64,000 nt of DNA from an uncultured Roseobacter sp. (GTDB lineage Bacteria > Pseudomonadota > Alphaproteobacteria > Rhodobacterales > Rhodobacteraceae): assembly GCF_947495025.1 (NCBI RefSeq), contig NZ_CANLXG010000002.1:994124-1058123 (forward strand), written 5' to 3'. The position numbers were made by a program, and so were the translations under genes. This document shows positions 30,164 to 40,551 of this stretch, in pieces; the first letter of the stretch is position 1, and each line of letters opens with the position of its first letter. The notes under the pieces are model-generated. The model searched no databases and was not told where the DNA came from. It saw nothing but the letters and a program-made list of their open reading frames with translations.

Positions 30164-33100
30164 CGCTGTCCTCCCGCCAGGTCACATGACAGGGCAGAGG
30201 CATCCACGGCAGAGTTACCGGCCCCGGACTCCAGGGCAGGCTGTCGAGAAGCATGTCGAACGGGCCGGGCGTGACCCGCAGATGCGCACCGGTGGCATCG
30301 AGCCGCAGCGTACCGGCGCGGCGCAGGAATGCTTCGCGCAACCCGTCCGGAGACGTAGCCCCCAGCCGGGACCATCTTTCAATCACCGAGCGCAACAACC
30401 CATCCATCAGAGCATCGGCATCAGCATCGGGTTTGGTTGGAAGGGGCAGCGGAGCCGCCGGATCGACCCCCAGCAGGATATTGTGCAGCGGGTCGGGCGC
30501 GGGCACGGTCGTGTCCGGAGTGCCGGCAAGAGCCAGCAGAAGACCACGCGCAAGCGGCAGATCACCGGTTTCCAAGGCGCGCCCCTGTCGTTCTATGCCC
30601 GTCCGGTCAAACAGCAATGCATAGAACGGATGCAGCAGCACCAGTCCGGCCGTTTCAGAAACCAGCAGCGTTTCACCGTCCGTTTCGTTTGTCGCCTGAG
30701 CGGGTATCGCGACGGGCCGTGCACTTTCCTGGCCAGAGGGTGCGGCAGTGTCCGGGGTGCTGGTCAAAAGTGTTTCCAGCGCAGCCCGTGTCTGTCGATG
30801 CAGCCCGGTGGCGTCCGGACCCGGAGCAGTACCAAGGCGCGCGGAGACCGTGCGCAGGGCAAGAGTCCGGCGGTTCTCATCAGGCTCCAGCTGCGCAAGC
30901 AGATCGTCCAGTCGACGGCTCAGCGGCAAACCGGGCGGAGGCGCGCTTGTCGCATTGTGCAACAGGGCGCACATGACCGCAAAACGCGACTGCGGGTCGT
31001 CGTGCGCACGGCCCGGCCAGAGCTGTTCCACGAGGCGCAAGGCTGCCACCACAGTGCTGTCAGATGCGGGCAGTGTGACTCTGGCGATCTGTTCAAGCTG
31101 ACTGATGAGTTCCTCGTCGGTGCGTTCTGTGCTTTCAGGTTCGTCGGCTGTAACAGGTACTTTCCGCGTCGCGGCACGATAACCCGGCGTATCCGGAACG
31201 TGTCCGTCCCGTGTCGCAACCGGTTGGGTGATATGATCTTCTGTGCTGTTTTCGCTGGCGAGGGCCCCGGTGCCGGAACGTGACACTGCAGTCTCCGACA
31301 CTGCGCCGTGCGCTCGTACCGGGGTTTTGGCATCCGGGTTTTTACGATCAGAAAAATGCGCCTCAGCTGTTGCGATCCTGAGGTCGTCCGAACGCCCCGA
31401 AGTGGTATCCTGTTCCCCTGCCCGTGTTAAATCCTGATCTGGCGGATCAGATGCTTCGTCAGAAACATACGGATTCGTATGTTTCTTGCTCTTTTGTCCT
31501 GGCTGTTCAGCAGGTGCAGCACGCTGGATTGTTGTGTCTTCGCCGGCGTTCTGGCGTGCACCGGAAATTTCCCGATCCTCGTGGTCATGCACTGATCGGT
31601 GCGTGTGGTTATCCCAAACGTCGGATGAACCTTCCCGGGTCGACGGTATGTCGCCTGAATTTTCATGGTTGTTGCCCCGGGCCGCATCCGCCTCACGGCC
31701 GGATTCCCCGCCCACGGGCAGGGTCAGGGAACGCCCGGAAACCTGCGTTTGCGCATTGGCAGCGCCGAGAACGCGCAGTATTTCGCTCCGGGTCAGTCCA
31801 GCGATGCGCAGGACTTCGGTCAACGGGTCGATCGCCAGGGCGTCCGGTGTTTCACCGGCATCCGGATCATCTGCATCTTCCACCGCCAGACTGGCAAGGT
31901 CGTTGAAACGGGCGTTTTCAGTCGTGAAGCCTGTTTCGGGTTCGGCGCGGGCAAGTTTTTCGAAATCGAGTGTCCTGTCTGCAAGAAGCAGCAGCGTGGC
32001 TTTGCGGAGAGCTTCGGCCGGGTGATCGGCTTCTTCGGACAGGTCGCTCAGTCGGTCCCTCAGCAATCTGGCTGCCGGCGACAGAAGTCCGTGCGCAAGA
32101 ACCAGGAGTTCCGGTGTATCAAGCAGGGCCAGCGATGCCGTGAATGCATCCGGTTCTGACGCCTGAAAAGCACGCAGCGTTTCGGAATCAAGATCGTTTC
32201 CGCGCAGCATCGCCGTGTGGTCAGACGCGGGGTCAGAAAATTGTCTGTTCCGGGAAGAGAGCGCGGTCAGCGGATCCGGAGCGACACGGCCGCTTTTGCC
32301 AGCATTCCGGATTTCCGGGTTTTCTTGCAGCGGGTTTGAGACGCGTTTTGTGTCTGTGTCATTATTCGCGGAGCGCCGGCGGCTCTCATCGCCCGGAACG
32401 TCCCATGGAGAGCCATCCGCGGCCTGACTCAGCTTGCCCGAGGCTTGTCGCCCGTGCGCATCGGACAAGCTCCCTCCATTGCGCTCGGAAGGTGTGGCAG
32501 CATTTCCTGTGGCCGGGGGTGCAGTACTGACCACAGGCAGCAACGTTATCAGCCGGGCGATCAGACGCGATGCCGTTTTCTGTGCGTCTTCCCGGCTCGT
32601 TCCGCGATGAACCAGACCTTCGATGATGCGCTTTTCTGCGAACTTGAGGTCAGTCAGTTTGTCTGCACTCAGGATGTTCTGCCAGTCGATACTGTCAGAG
32701 ACAGTCCGGCCCTTTAACCGTTGACCCGGCAGAGATGTGGAAAGCGCTTTGTCCGCCAGACGGCGCAGTAACACAGACACACCAGCGGAAGTTTTAGCCA
32801 GACGGTCGATCTCGTCAGCAAACAAAGTACCTTCATCAGAGTTCCCCGGCACTCTTTCGGACCCGAAAGTTGGATCAGGCACATCTGCCCGGGTATCTGA
32901 CGGGATCACGCTTTTTCTTTCGCGATCAGCAGTGTCCAGAACACTGATCAGCTCGGACTGCAAAGCCGGGTCGGTTGCGAGCGGGGAAAGTCCGGCGATG
33001 CGCAGGGCAGCTAGTGCACCGGCCTCTTCCGGATACTCTTCCAAACGCAAGCGTATGGTTTCCTGAGAAGGCGTGGCCCCGAAGCGATTTGCCCAGTCAA

Positions 33101-33566
33101 AAAATCCCCGGGCCCGGGCGATGAGAACGTTGTGGCGTGCATCGTCCCAGCCGACCGGCGTTGACCGATTATCGCTGGGCGCAGAGACAACCGGTGAGGC
33201 CGAGGACACCGGCGATGCCAGTTTTTTCTCGGAAGGCGAAGCCTGTTCAGGATCTGCATTGAGAAACCGGCTGAGCGCGGCCTCCAGTTTATGCGCCAGA
33301 ATCCAGCGAACTTCAGACCACACAGGATCATCAGGCCAGTCGCCCAGATCAATGTCAATCTGTGGCGCATAAAGCGTCACCTCAGACCAGCGGGGGTGGT
33401 CGAGCACCTCTGACAATGCAGGCAGTATTTCCTTACGGACTGCCGCCAGAAGTTGCTCTGGCGATGAAAGCGGACCCTGTGCGGCAGTAATCTCAAAGGC
33501 TGCATCGACCGATGCAATGACCGCGTTCACCTGTTGAGGGGGTGATATGGGAGCGGCAGACGGCAT
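30156..33566 (-). CDS. Contractile injection system tape measure protein (Afp14-like)
   Basis: N-terminal IDIDLGDW segment and C-terminal AGLVLLHPF...LLRSVIERWSRLG..SPDGLREAFLRRAG...DMLLDSLPW...LPWM...VTW block typical of CIS tape measures; position between baseplate and ATPase. Confidence 0.85.
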   Translation of the reverse strand: MPSAAPISPPQQVNAVIASVDAAFEITAAQGPLSSPEQLLAAVRKEILPALSEVLDHPRWSEVTLYAPQIDIDLGDWPDDPVWSEVRWILAHKLEAALSRFLNADPEQASPSEKKLASPVSSASPVVSAPSDNRSTPVGWDDARHNVLIARARGFFDWANRFGATPSQETIRLRLEEYPEEAGALAALRIAGLSPLATDPALQSELISVLDTADRERKSVIPSDTRADVPDPTFGSERVPGNSDEGTLFADEIDRLAKTSAGVSVLLRRLADKALSTSLPGQRLKGRTVSDSIDWQNILSADKLTDLKFAEKRIIEGLVHRGTSREDAQKTASRLIARLITLLPVVSTAPPATGNAATPSERNGGSLSDAHGRQASGKLSQAADGSPWDVPGDESRRRSANNDTDTKRVSNPLQENPEIRNAGKSGRVAPDPLTALSSRNRQFSDPASDHTAMLRGNDLDSETLRAFQASEPDAFTASLALLDTPELLVLAHGLLSPAARLLRDRLSDLSEEADHPAEALRKATLLLLADRTLDFEKLARAEPETGFTTENARFNDLASLAVEDADDPDAGETPDALAIDPLTEVLRIAGLTRSEILRVLGAANAQTQVSGRSLTLPVGGESGREADAARGNNHENSGDIPSTREGSSDVWDNHTHRSVHDHEDREISGARQNAGEDTTIQRAAPAEQPGQKSKKHTNPYVSDEASDPPDQDLTRAGEQDTTSGRSDDLRIATAEAHFSDRKNPDAKTPVRAHGAVSETAVSRSGTGALASENSTEDHITQPVATRDGHVPDTPGYRAATRKVPVTADEPESTERTDEELISQLEQIARVTLPASDSTVVAALRLVEQLWPGRAHDDPQSRFAVMCALLHNATSAPPPGLPLSRRLDDLLAQLEPDENRRTLALRTVSARLGTAPGPDATGLHRQTRAALETLLTSTPDTAAPSGQESARPVAIPAQATNETDGETLLVSETAGLVLLHPFYALLFDRTGIERQGRALETGDLPLARGLLLALAGTPDTTVPAPDPLHNILLGVDPAAPLPLPTKPDADADALMDGLLRSVIERWSRLGATSPDGLREAFLRRAGTLRLDATGAHLRVTPGPFDMLLDSLPWSPGPVTLPWMPLPCHVTWREDSDE

Positions 33567-35692
33567 CAGGCGACCTGCTCTGTATCGGATGCCTGTTCCG
33601 GTTCTGCGGAATTGGGGCTGTCCCTGTCCGCATCGGTTCTTTCACTGGCGTCAAAGTCCTGCCAGTGGACGCGGACATGGATATGCGCCGGTGCGAGCTG
33701 CGCGACCAGACCTTCGACATAGTTACGAAAGCTCTGCATCGCGCAACGCGCTGTCCAGCCGGGCAGCATCAGATCAGCGGTATGCGCGCTGCCACTGCCA
33801 TCCTCTTCCAGTATAATCCGCTCCGACAGATGGGCGGCCTCGGATGCACGATGCAGGTAATTCCACGTCGCACGCAGGCGCGCCACCGTTTCCATCGCTT
33901 CGTCCTTGTCTCTGATAACCGCACAACGCTGCAGGCCCGTGCCATTGCCAGGGTCATACAGGACCTGCCAGCTGCCACCGGGATACGGGACGATGGCAAG
34001 GCTGTCTGCGTCTGCAAGCCGCCGGAAATCCGCGCTGCACAATGCCCCGTCTGTGACAAAAGGCGACAGTTCCGCAAGGCGCTCCGGTGAGAGCCGTTCC
34101 GCATGGTCCCTCAGAGGCACGAGCATATCGAAAGGGTTGAGGGCACCAACCATGATGATCCGGTCATCGTCCTGTGCAACCGGGTCAGCGGAATCATCAA
34201 GATGCAGACCAAACCGGCGCAGCACCGAAGTCTGATCGCTGTTCTCGGTCAGGTTCAGGTCGGCCAGAATGGCAAGTTCAGCAAGAAATCCACCCGGCCC
34301 TTCGGGCCCCGGACCTGTCGCCCGTGCACTGTTCAGCCAGGGCAGGGCAAAGAGATATTCCAGCCGCCATTCAATCGCAAACCGGTGCCGGGCGCGAACT
34401 GACATATAGTGATGCAGTCCACTGTGACGCGTGGCAGGCATTTCGGCACCCTGGAGCGCAATGAGGTAATCCAGCAGTTTCACGCGCATCCTGTGTGCCA
34501 CCGGATCATCTGTCTTCTGATGCGGCCGGGCCGTGAATATCCGGGGCAGGGCATCCAGATCCGCGATCATGTCGCGCAGAACACCGTCGATCGCCTCCCG
34601 ATATTCCGAAATCAGATCACCTGGGTCGTGCATTGAATAACCCTCGGCGCGGTACAGCCCGGGCAAAAGGCTGTCCACGTGTGACTGACCAAACTGCCGC
34701 CGCCTGCCGGGCCGCATGACATCCCAGTCCGGACCGTCGACATGGTGCACTGCAGCAGCAATCGTTTCTGCAGCAATGCGGTTGTACTCTTCGCGGATAC
34801 GCGCCGGGTCAAGCGCCACCGCCGCGCCGTTCAGCGTCAGTGTCAGCCCGATCTGGTCGCGTGTCCGGGGCAGGACAGAGCGGTAGAAAACGGCGTCGCC
34901 GGCTGCGGGCATTTCCCGTGTGCCGGGCTGTCGCAGGCTGAACGCGCCGATATCCCGAACGCCGGGCAGTGCACGCAGATCATTGAGGTGCTCGCTGATG
35001 TCTCCGGGCTTGCCGACATCGGACCGCGCCGGTGCGAGCAGCCTCTCCGGCGCTTCCCAGACATCCGCACGCCGGGCCGCGTGATCTGCACGGGACGCGC
35101 CGCTGAGGATATCGGACACCTGATGATAGAGAGCCGCGGCCACTGTCTCAGGCAGGGCGGCCTCTGTGATTTCGACCTCACCGTGCAAAACAACCCGCAG
35201 GGGTCGGGCAATCACCACTGACCCCAGATCGGTACAGAGTGGTCGGGCGCGTCTGAACAAAGCGCGGAAAGTGCCGACAGCGTCCACGCCGGCGTCTTCC
35301 TCGCCAGAGGGAACCAGTATGACGTCCAGTCTTCCAGGTCTCGCGGGATCATGCGGCGCGATAACGACCCGTTCGATACCGGGGCATGTCCCTATCCATG
35401 TCTGCAGATCCTCGCGGCGGACCGGCATGCTGCCCAGCACTTTGCGCGGGCGGAACAGCGCAAGATCGTGAAAACAGAAGTGCCCGCGCGGATTGGTCAG
35501 CAGATCGCGCACCGGCAGCCCGGCCTGCCACGCCACCTGGCTGAGCGCAAAACAGGTCTGTTCGAGCAGCGTTACGCCCGGATCATGCAGGTTGTAATCC
35601 GTCCAGATATCGCCGGAGGCTTCTTGTGCATATTCAACGGCCGCGCGCCGCAGATCAGCAAAGGCAGTGAGGGGATCAGGCGACCTGGTCAC
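33566..35692 (-). CDS. eCIS baseplate protein (Afp12/Pvc12-like)
   Basis: N-terminal SGDIWTDYNLHDPGVTLLEQ motif, RARPLCTD and C-terminal LAPAHIHVRVHW. Confidence 0.88.
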   Translation of the reverse strand: MTRSPDPLTAFADLRRAAVEYAQEASGDIWTDYNLHDPGVTLLEQTCFALSQVAWQAGLPVRDLLTNPRGHFCFHDLALFRPRKVLGSMPVRREDLQTWIGTCPGIERVVIAPHDPARPGRLDVILVPSGEEDAGVDAVGTFRALFRRARPLCTDLGSVVIARPLRVVLHGEVEITEAALPETVAAALYHQVSDILSGASRADHAARRADVWEAPERLLAPARSDVGKPGDISEHLNDLRALPGVRDIGAFSLRQPGTREMPAAGDAVFYRSVLPRTRDQIGLTLTLNGAAVALDPARIREEYNRIAAETIAAAVHHVDGPDWDVMRPGRRRQFGQSHVDSLLPGLYRAEGYSMHDPGDLISEYREAIDGVLRDMIADLDALPRIFTARPHQKTDDPVAHRMRVKLLDYLIALQGAEMPATRHSGLHHYMSVRARHRFAIEWRLEYLFALPWLNSARATGPGPEGPGGFLAELAILADLNLTENSDQTSVLRRFGLHLDDSADPVAQDDDRIIMVGALNPFDMLVPLRDHAERLSPERLAELSPFVTDGALCSADFRRLADADSLAIVPYPGGSWQVLYDPGNGTGLQRCAVIRDKDEAMETVARLRATWNYLHRASEAAHLSERIILEEDGSGSAHTADLMLPGWTARCAMQSFRNYVEGLVAQLAPAHIHVRVHWQDFDASERTDADRDSPNSAEPEQASDTEQVA

Positions 35693-36552
35693 AGCAGCCC
35701 CGCATCGCGATCACTGTCTTCACGTGCGCCGGTCATCATACTGTCAAACCAAAGCTGGGTCAGGTAGTAGCGCACCACTTTGCCTTCGCCGAAATTCGCA
35801 TTGGTGCGCAGCTGCAGCCGGAAGTGGTGTTGCTGTGTGTCTGCAACCCAGCGCAGGCGCAGCCGGTCCGCATAGGAGCCATACATCGCCGTCTGCGTTT
35901 TGATAGAACGACGCCGGAACAGCCAGTTCAGGATGGGGTTGCGCGGATGATAGGCATTCATGGCGATGGCGTGCATCATTGAATATCGCCCCTTGCGCGG
36001 CTCACCCCCCGTACCAGCGGTGACCTCAAAACACTGACAGCCGGTCAGCGGTTGGGTGATGTCGTGCCATTTGCCATCCGCTCTGACATGCGGAATGCGG
36101 TGGCTGGTCACCCCGATCCTGCCACGCATCCGTGCCACACCATCGACATCGAGGCGCCAGTCCGGTGCTTCGTGTGCAACCCCGACGCGCCCGTCCCGCG
36201 TGATACTGAGCCCCGCCGGGCCCGGTCCGTCGGCGGTGTTTTCTTCCTCTGCAGCGCCTGGCGCGAACTCGAGCGCTGACTTGCCCTGGTCCGGCCGGAA
36301 ATGCAGTGCGCCGGGCGCATCACCGTGTTCCAGCACCCAGGACGGTTTGGGTGTTCCCAGACCCTGATACAGGCTTAGAACACGCAGGGAGGAACCAACC
36401 GAGTTCAGCCGCAACCCGTCTGCGTCCGTTTTGGCAAAGCCGTCATCAACCTGATTAACGGTGCTGTCGATCAGGTCCCGGTATTCAGCCGCCGTGGGCA
36501 GAGCGCCGCTGCGGAAAAAGGATTTGAGAGTAGCGCGATCTTGTTTTGTCAC
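35689..36552 (-). CDS. Short eCIS tail fibre / fibre-attachment protein (Afp13-like)
   Basis: N-terminal RATLKSFFRSGALPTAAEYRDLIDST as in CIS fibre N-termini; one GRVGV..EAPDWRLDVDG fibre-type repeat; GTGA overlaps on both sides. Confidence 0.65.
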   Translation of the reverse strand: MTKQDRATLKSFFRSGALPTAAEYRDLIDSTVNQVDDGFAKTDADGLRLNSVGSSLRVLSLYQGLGTPKPSWVLEHGDAPGALHFRPDQGKSALEFAPGAAEEENTADGPGPAGLSITRDGRVGVAHEAPDWRLDVDGVARMRGRIGVTSHRIPHVRADGKWHDITQPLTGCQCFEVTAGTGGEPRKGRYSMMHAIAMNAYHPRNPILNWLFRRRSIKTQTAMYGSYADRLRLRWVADTQQHHFRLQLRTNANFGEGKVVRYYLTQLWFDSMMTGAREDSDRDAGLL

Positions 36553-39500
36553 GGGATATTCCTCTGGCCGACGATGAGCATGTCGCCGACAGTCAGGTTG
36601 CCGATGCCGGCAGCTGAGGGGGCTTCATCATCAATTTCTGGCAGGATTGTCAGGATATGGTCCGCCGTCGACAGCGGCAGGCTCCATGGAAATCTGGGGG
36701 TCAGCACAGGGCCATAGGTGCCGCCGCGCGGGTCGTTTACCTCCTGAGCCGTGTCCAGAAGCTGATAGCTCCGGGCATCATCACCCACGAGGTGCAGAAC
36801 AGAAAAATCGGTGATGTCATCGACATATGGCAGTGCTGCGATATGGGCGCGCAGCATGTGTACGTTCAGCGACCAGCCGAAGCGCGCAAGAGAATCGTCG
36901 GCAGTCCAGACAGAGAGGTACCGGGCCAGGTCGCGACGCAGCATCTGCGCCATCGCCCCGTTTTCACGATCTGCGGTGACCGAAAGCTTGGCACGTACCT
37001 GCAGCCGTTCAAAGGTTGGATTAACAACATCCAGCTGCGCCTCTTCACTCACATAGTCGCTCAGCCAGTCACGGATGCGTTCAAGGGTGGCCACGTCAAA
37101 CAGGGCGGGCGCAGGCGTATGCAGTGCAGGATCTGCTGTGGGTTTCCGGGTCACAACCAGAGTGACAGTTCCCGGAGCAGGCGCCGGAGTTTTCCGGCTG
37201 AGATGCGGCAGACATTTTGCCATCCAGACCTCAGGGAATTTTTCGAGCACCATCCGCTCCATGTCCCAGGGGCGCACACCGCGACGACGGTGACGCAGCC
37301 TTTCGCCCACGCGGGCGGTAAACGCATCGGGAGGTTCCGGCGGTCGTATTTCCGCGGGTGTCACGATTTCGGACGGCGGAGAGAGGCCCGGCTGCGCCTG
37401 AGAAAAGGACCATGTGCGTGGTGTTCCATGGTTCTTCCAGGTGTCATCACGCCTGCAGACCCAGACACCGTTGACGGAAACCCTGCTCAGCGCGGGGAAG
37501 ATTTCGAGGTGTGGGCGCGTTGCTACGGCGGCCAGCCAGACACCGCCAGCGGGCATTTCGGGCGAATGATCCGTTGCATCGTCGGGCAGGTCGATCACCA
37601 CAAGGCCGGACCGCATCAGCCCGGCGGTGGTATCAGAGGAAAGTGCCGTTTCCGGCAGGTCGGCCCATCCGTGCGCGGACAGGTATTTCCACCGTATCGG
37701 GTTTGCATCAGGCACCAGGCGCAGATGCCCCGACTGGGCCATATCGAAGGCCAGTGTTACGGGGCCGGTGGCATCAGCACCCGTCAGCTGAAAGGCCACA
37801 TGTCCATAACCCATACGTTCGGGAAACAGCCGGATGCCGCGCAACATACGCTGTGGAAAGACCCCGACACGGCCAAAAGGCCCGACCTGGTGTACTGTTT
37901 CCCCAGGACGGGCGGTGTCCGGAGCATTCAGCTCGATCGTCGCTTCTGCGGTGTATGCCAGTGAGAAACGGCTGATTTCGGGCACATAGGGCGCTGGTGG
38001 AATTTTCCGGGTGCCCAGCGGGAGAAGACGCGGGCGCATCGCGTTCACGAGGGCAACCGGATACTGCCCTGCCAGAAAACCATCGGCCGTGCCGGCAAGC
38101 CGCATCCGAATCATGCCTGCACGTACGGTCTGGCGTGACTGGTATTCGGCTGCTGTCACGACGCCCGTCGCGGGGATAGAGTGGCCGGACACCTGTCCGG
38201 TGAATTCCCACGCCGGCAGCAGCGCACCCGTGACGCCCTCGGTCTGAAACAGCGGAAGCGGTGCATCGCTGACCGGCTTCCATCCGTCCCCGCTGAGATA
38301 TTCGACGGTCAGTTCAGGCGCAGGCACCTCTATGTTACGACCATATGCTTCATAGTGGGCGTCAAAGCCACCAAGCGGATCGGGCATACCGCTCCAGCTG
38401 AGGCTGATACTGACCCGGGTGACCGGCTTACGTCCCATTTCAGCGCAACCTACCTGGAAGGTCGCGCCATCGCGGGGTCGAGGGCCAAAAGGTCTGAACG
38501 TCTGATCGGTCACGACGGGCCCGGTGTCCGAAAAAGCAGCCAGCCTCCGCAGACCGGTGACCTGCGTGCGTATCGCGACGGTTTCGATCGTGTAGCTCTC
38601 GAAGAACGAAACCGGGCAAAGCCGCGAGTCGGTGGCGTACCGCAGGGCCAGCACAGGGGCATGCTCCGGACCGGTCAGCGCCGGTGCGCTTTCGTCATAG
38701 CGCAGGCTCAGCGTGATGCCTCCAGCGGCCTGGGCATGCCGGATCGGCAGAACCTGCATGATGTCCGGTCGCAGAGGGCCATCTTCGGTGGTGACTGTGA
38801 TGTCAAAAGCGTCGCCGAGCAGGCTCTGAAACACATCTTCGGGCGGGTAGTCGATTGTACCGTCGGGTTTCTGGGAGAAAGCCGCAAAGATCATCGAGCT
38901 CTGGCCGTGGTCTGTATCGGTTTCCGTGCTGCGTCCTGTAAGCTCGGGGCGAAACCGCTGCACCAGTGCATAGATCTGGTCCCAGTAGTCACCTGCCGGA
39001 AAGTCATACTGCTCGATGAGCGACAGCGTCACAATGCGCCCCAGCAGGAGGCGCAGTTGTCCTGGTCTTTCAACCCGGTTCATCAGATAGCGATAGACAA
39101 GTGACAGGGAGGTCGTCTGGTTCGTTTCAGCAGCGAATTCTGTCACCCCGTGCGTCAGCTCTTCAGCGGCGGTTTCCGTTTTTCCTGTGCAGAACGCCCT
39201 GACCAGCGCAGTATCTGCCGCGAGCGCAAGCCGGACTTCCGGATCTGCCCATTCGGGTGTTGTGGTCAGGTTCCGCCGCAGGTCTGGTATTACGCTCGCC
39301 CGTACCGAGGCCTTTCGCCGCTCGGCGCGCTCTCTGATCTCGGCGCGTGTCAGGGGCCGGGATCCGGCGGGCAGGTTTGAGGCCCGCCTCATGTGCAGGG
39401 TGACTTCTATCCGCCGGGTCCCCTCCGCCAGCGAAAGCACAGGCGAGGCAATATCGAGGCCAGTGTCGAGTGGCAGTTCGGATCCGCTGGCAAACAACGT

Positions 39501-40550
39501 CGATCCATCGGGCCGAGGGTCAGCGCCGATGCGTGCGGCACGCAGGCCGGTGATCCCTGCCAGAGCACGATTGTAGGAGATATCCGGGTTCGTCTCGTAA
39601 CTCAGCACGCAGATGTCGCTGATCCGTGCGGTGCTGAGTGGCACAGCGGCTTCTGTACTGAACTGTTGTACAGTACCGTCCGGTAACAGCGCCTCCAGAC
39701 CTGCACCCTGCTTCAGAACGCCCGGCCGCGGGACCTTGCCGAGATCCAGGAGAACCATCTCCGGACTGGCATCTGCAGGTTTCTGCCCGATAATGTCGCG
39801 ATAGTAGTGTTGGGTGTGCCGTGCGGGCAGCTGATTGATCACCGCATCCACGTGGCCTGCTGTCCGCAATTCGGCTATCAGCAGGCCGAGGCCCGGATCT
39901 ATTCCGCCGGACACAATCCTTGCATCAAAGGCTTTGCGGGCCATGGGCTGCAGTGCGCTGACGGCGTTGCGCAGAATGGTGTGGATGGCACGCAGCCGTT
40001 CGCGCGTAGCGCGCGCAGCGGCCAGAGCGCCGGCCGACCGCTCAGCCTCGCGCACAGTCCTGTGCTCGCCCGCGCGGCGCAGCACCACGGATGGCTGCAC
40101 TCCGGCAAGTGACTGAACAAGTGTCGTCAGAGCGACTTCCTTATCCATCTGCTCAAGCTGGCGCGAGAAAACGACCGGCTTTTGCAACCTTATGCGGCGG
40201 AGCCATCCGTCTAGTCGTGCGGCGAGTGCACTGATCTGCGACAGCGCGCTGGCAGGTTCCTGCTCGAGTGCCTCGGCAAATTCAAAGCCCGCATCGTCTG
40301 CCCTGAAGGAAAGCAGCTGTGCGTAGAGCCATGCGGGTTCATTCTGAAAAAGCCGCGCCCATGGTCCCGCCCGGCGATCTTCTGACGCTACGGCAACATC
40401 TGCTGCGCCCAGACGCTCGCCCGCCGCAGCAAAAGCCTGTGCAAGGTCGTCCGGGCGCACCTCGAACCGGCGTGGCGCGAGTGGACGGGGCAGGCGCCGC
40501 GTGGCCAGTGAGCCGGGTGTCACCCTGATATCCTGCCAGCGGTGGCTCAT
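36549..40550 (-). CDS. eCIS baseplate J/gp47-like protein (Afp11/Pvc11-like)
   Basis: HTQHYYRDIIGQKP, FRPFGPRPRDGATF.VG, RVGERLRHRRRGVRPWDMERMVLEKFPEV and PTFERLQVRA motifs; start placed at MSHRWQD. Confidence 0.9.
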   Translation of the reverse strand: MSHRWQDIRVTPGSLATRRLPRPLAPRRFEVRPDDLAQAFAAAGERLGAADVAVASEDRRAGPWARLFQNEPAWLYAQLLSFRADDAGFEFAEALEQEPASALSQISALAARLDGWLRRIRLQKPVVFSRQLEQMDKEVALTTLVQSLAGVQPSVVLRRAGEHRTVREAERSAGALAAARATRERLRAIHTILRNAVSALQPMARKAFDARIVSGGIDPGLGLLIAELRTAGHVDAVINQLPARHTQHYYRDIIGQKPADASPEMVLLDLGKVPRPGVLKQGAGLEALLPDGTVQQFSTEAAVPLSTARISDICVLSYETNPDISYNRALAGITGLRAARIGADPRPDGSTLFASGSELPLDTGLDIASPVLSLAEGTRRIEVTLHMRRASNLPAGSRPLTRAEIRERAERRKASVRASVIPDLRRNLTTTPEWADPEVRLALAADTALVRAFCTGKTETAAEELTHGVTEFAAETNQTTSLSLVYRYLMNRVERPGQLRLLLGRIVTLSLIEQYDFPAGDYWDQIYALVQRFRPELTGRSTETDTDHGQSSMIFAAFSQKPDGTIDYPPEDVFQSLLGDAFDITVTTEDGPLRPDIMQVLPIRHAQAAGGITLSLRYDESAPALTGPEHAPVLALRYATDSRLCPVSFFESYTIETVAIRTQVTGLRRLAAFSDTGPVVTDQTFRPFGPRPRDGATFQVGCAEMGRKPVTRVSISLSWSGMPDPLGGFDAHYEAYGRNIEVPAPELTVEYLSGDGWKPVSDAPLPLFQTEGVTGALLPAWEFTGQVSGHSIPATGVVTAAEYQSRQTVRAGMIRMRLAGTADGFLAGQYPVALVNAMRPRLLPLGTRKIPPAPYVPEISRFSLAYTAEATIELNAPDTARPGETVHQVGPFGRVGVFPQRMLRGIRLFPERMGYGHVAFQLTGADATGPVTLAFDMAQSGHLRLVPDANPIRWKYLSAHGWADLPETALSSDTTAGLMRSGLVVIDLPDDATDHSPEMPAGGVWLAAVATRPHLEIFPALSRVSVNGVWVCRRDDTWKNHGTPRTWSFSQAQPGLSPPSEIVTPAEIRPPEPPDAFTARVGERLRHRRRGVRPWDMERMVLEKFPEVWMAKCLPHLSRKTPAPAPGTVTLVVTRKPTADPALHTPAPALFDVATLERIRDWLSDYVSEEAQLDVVNPTFERLQVRAKLSVTADRENGAMAQMLRRDLARYLSVWTADDSLARFGWSLNVHMLRAHIAALPYVDDITDFSVLHLVGDDARSYQLLDTAQEVNDPRGGTYGPVLTPRFPWSLPLSTADHILTILPEIDDEAPSAAGIGNLTVGDMLIVGQRNIP

Positions 40551-40551
40551 A

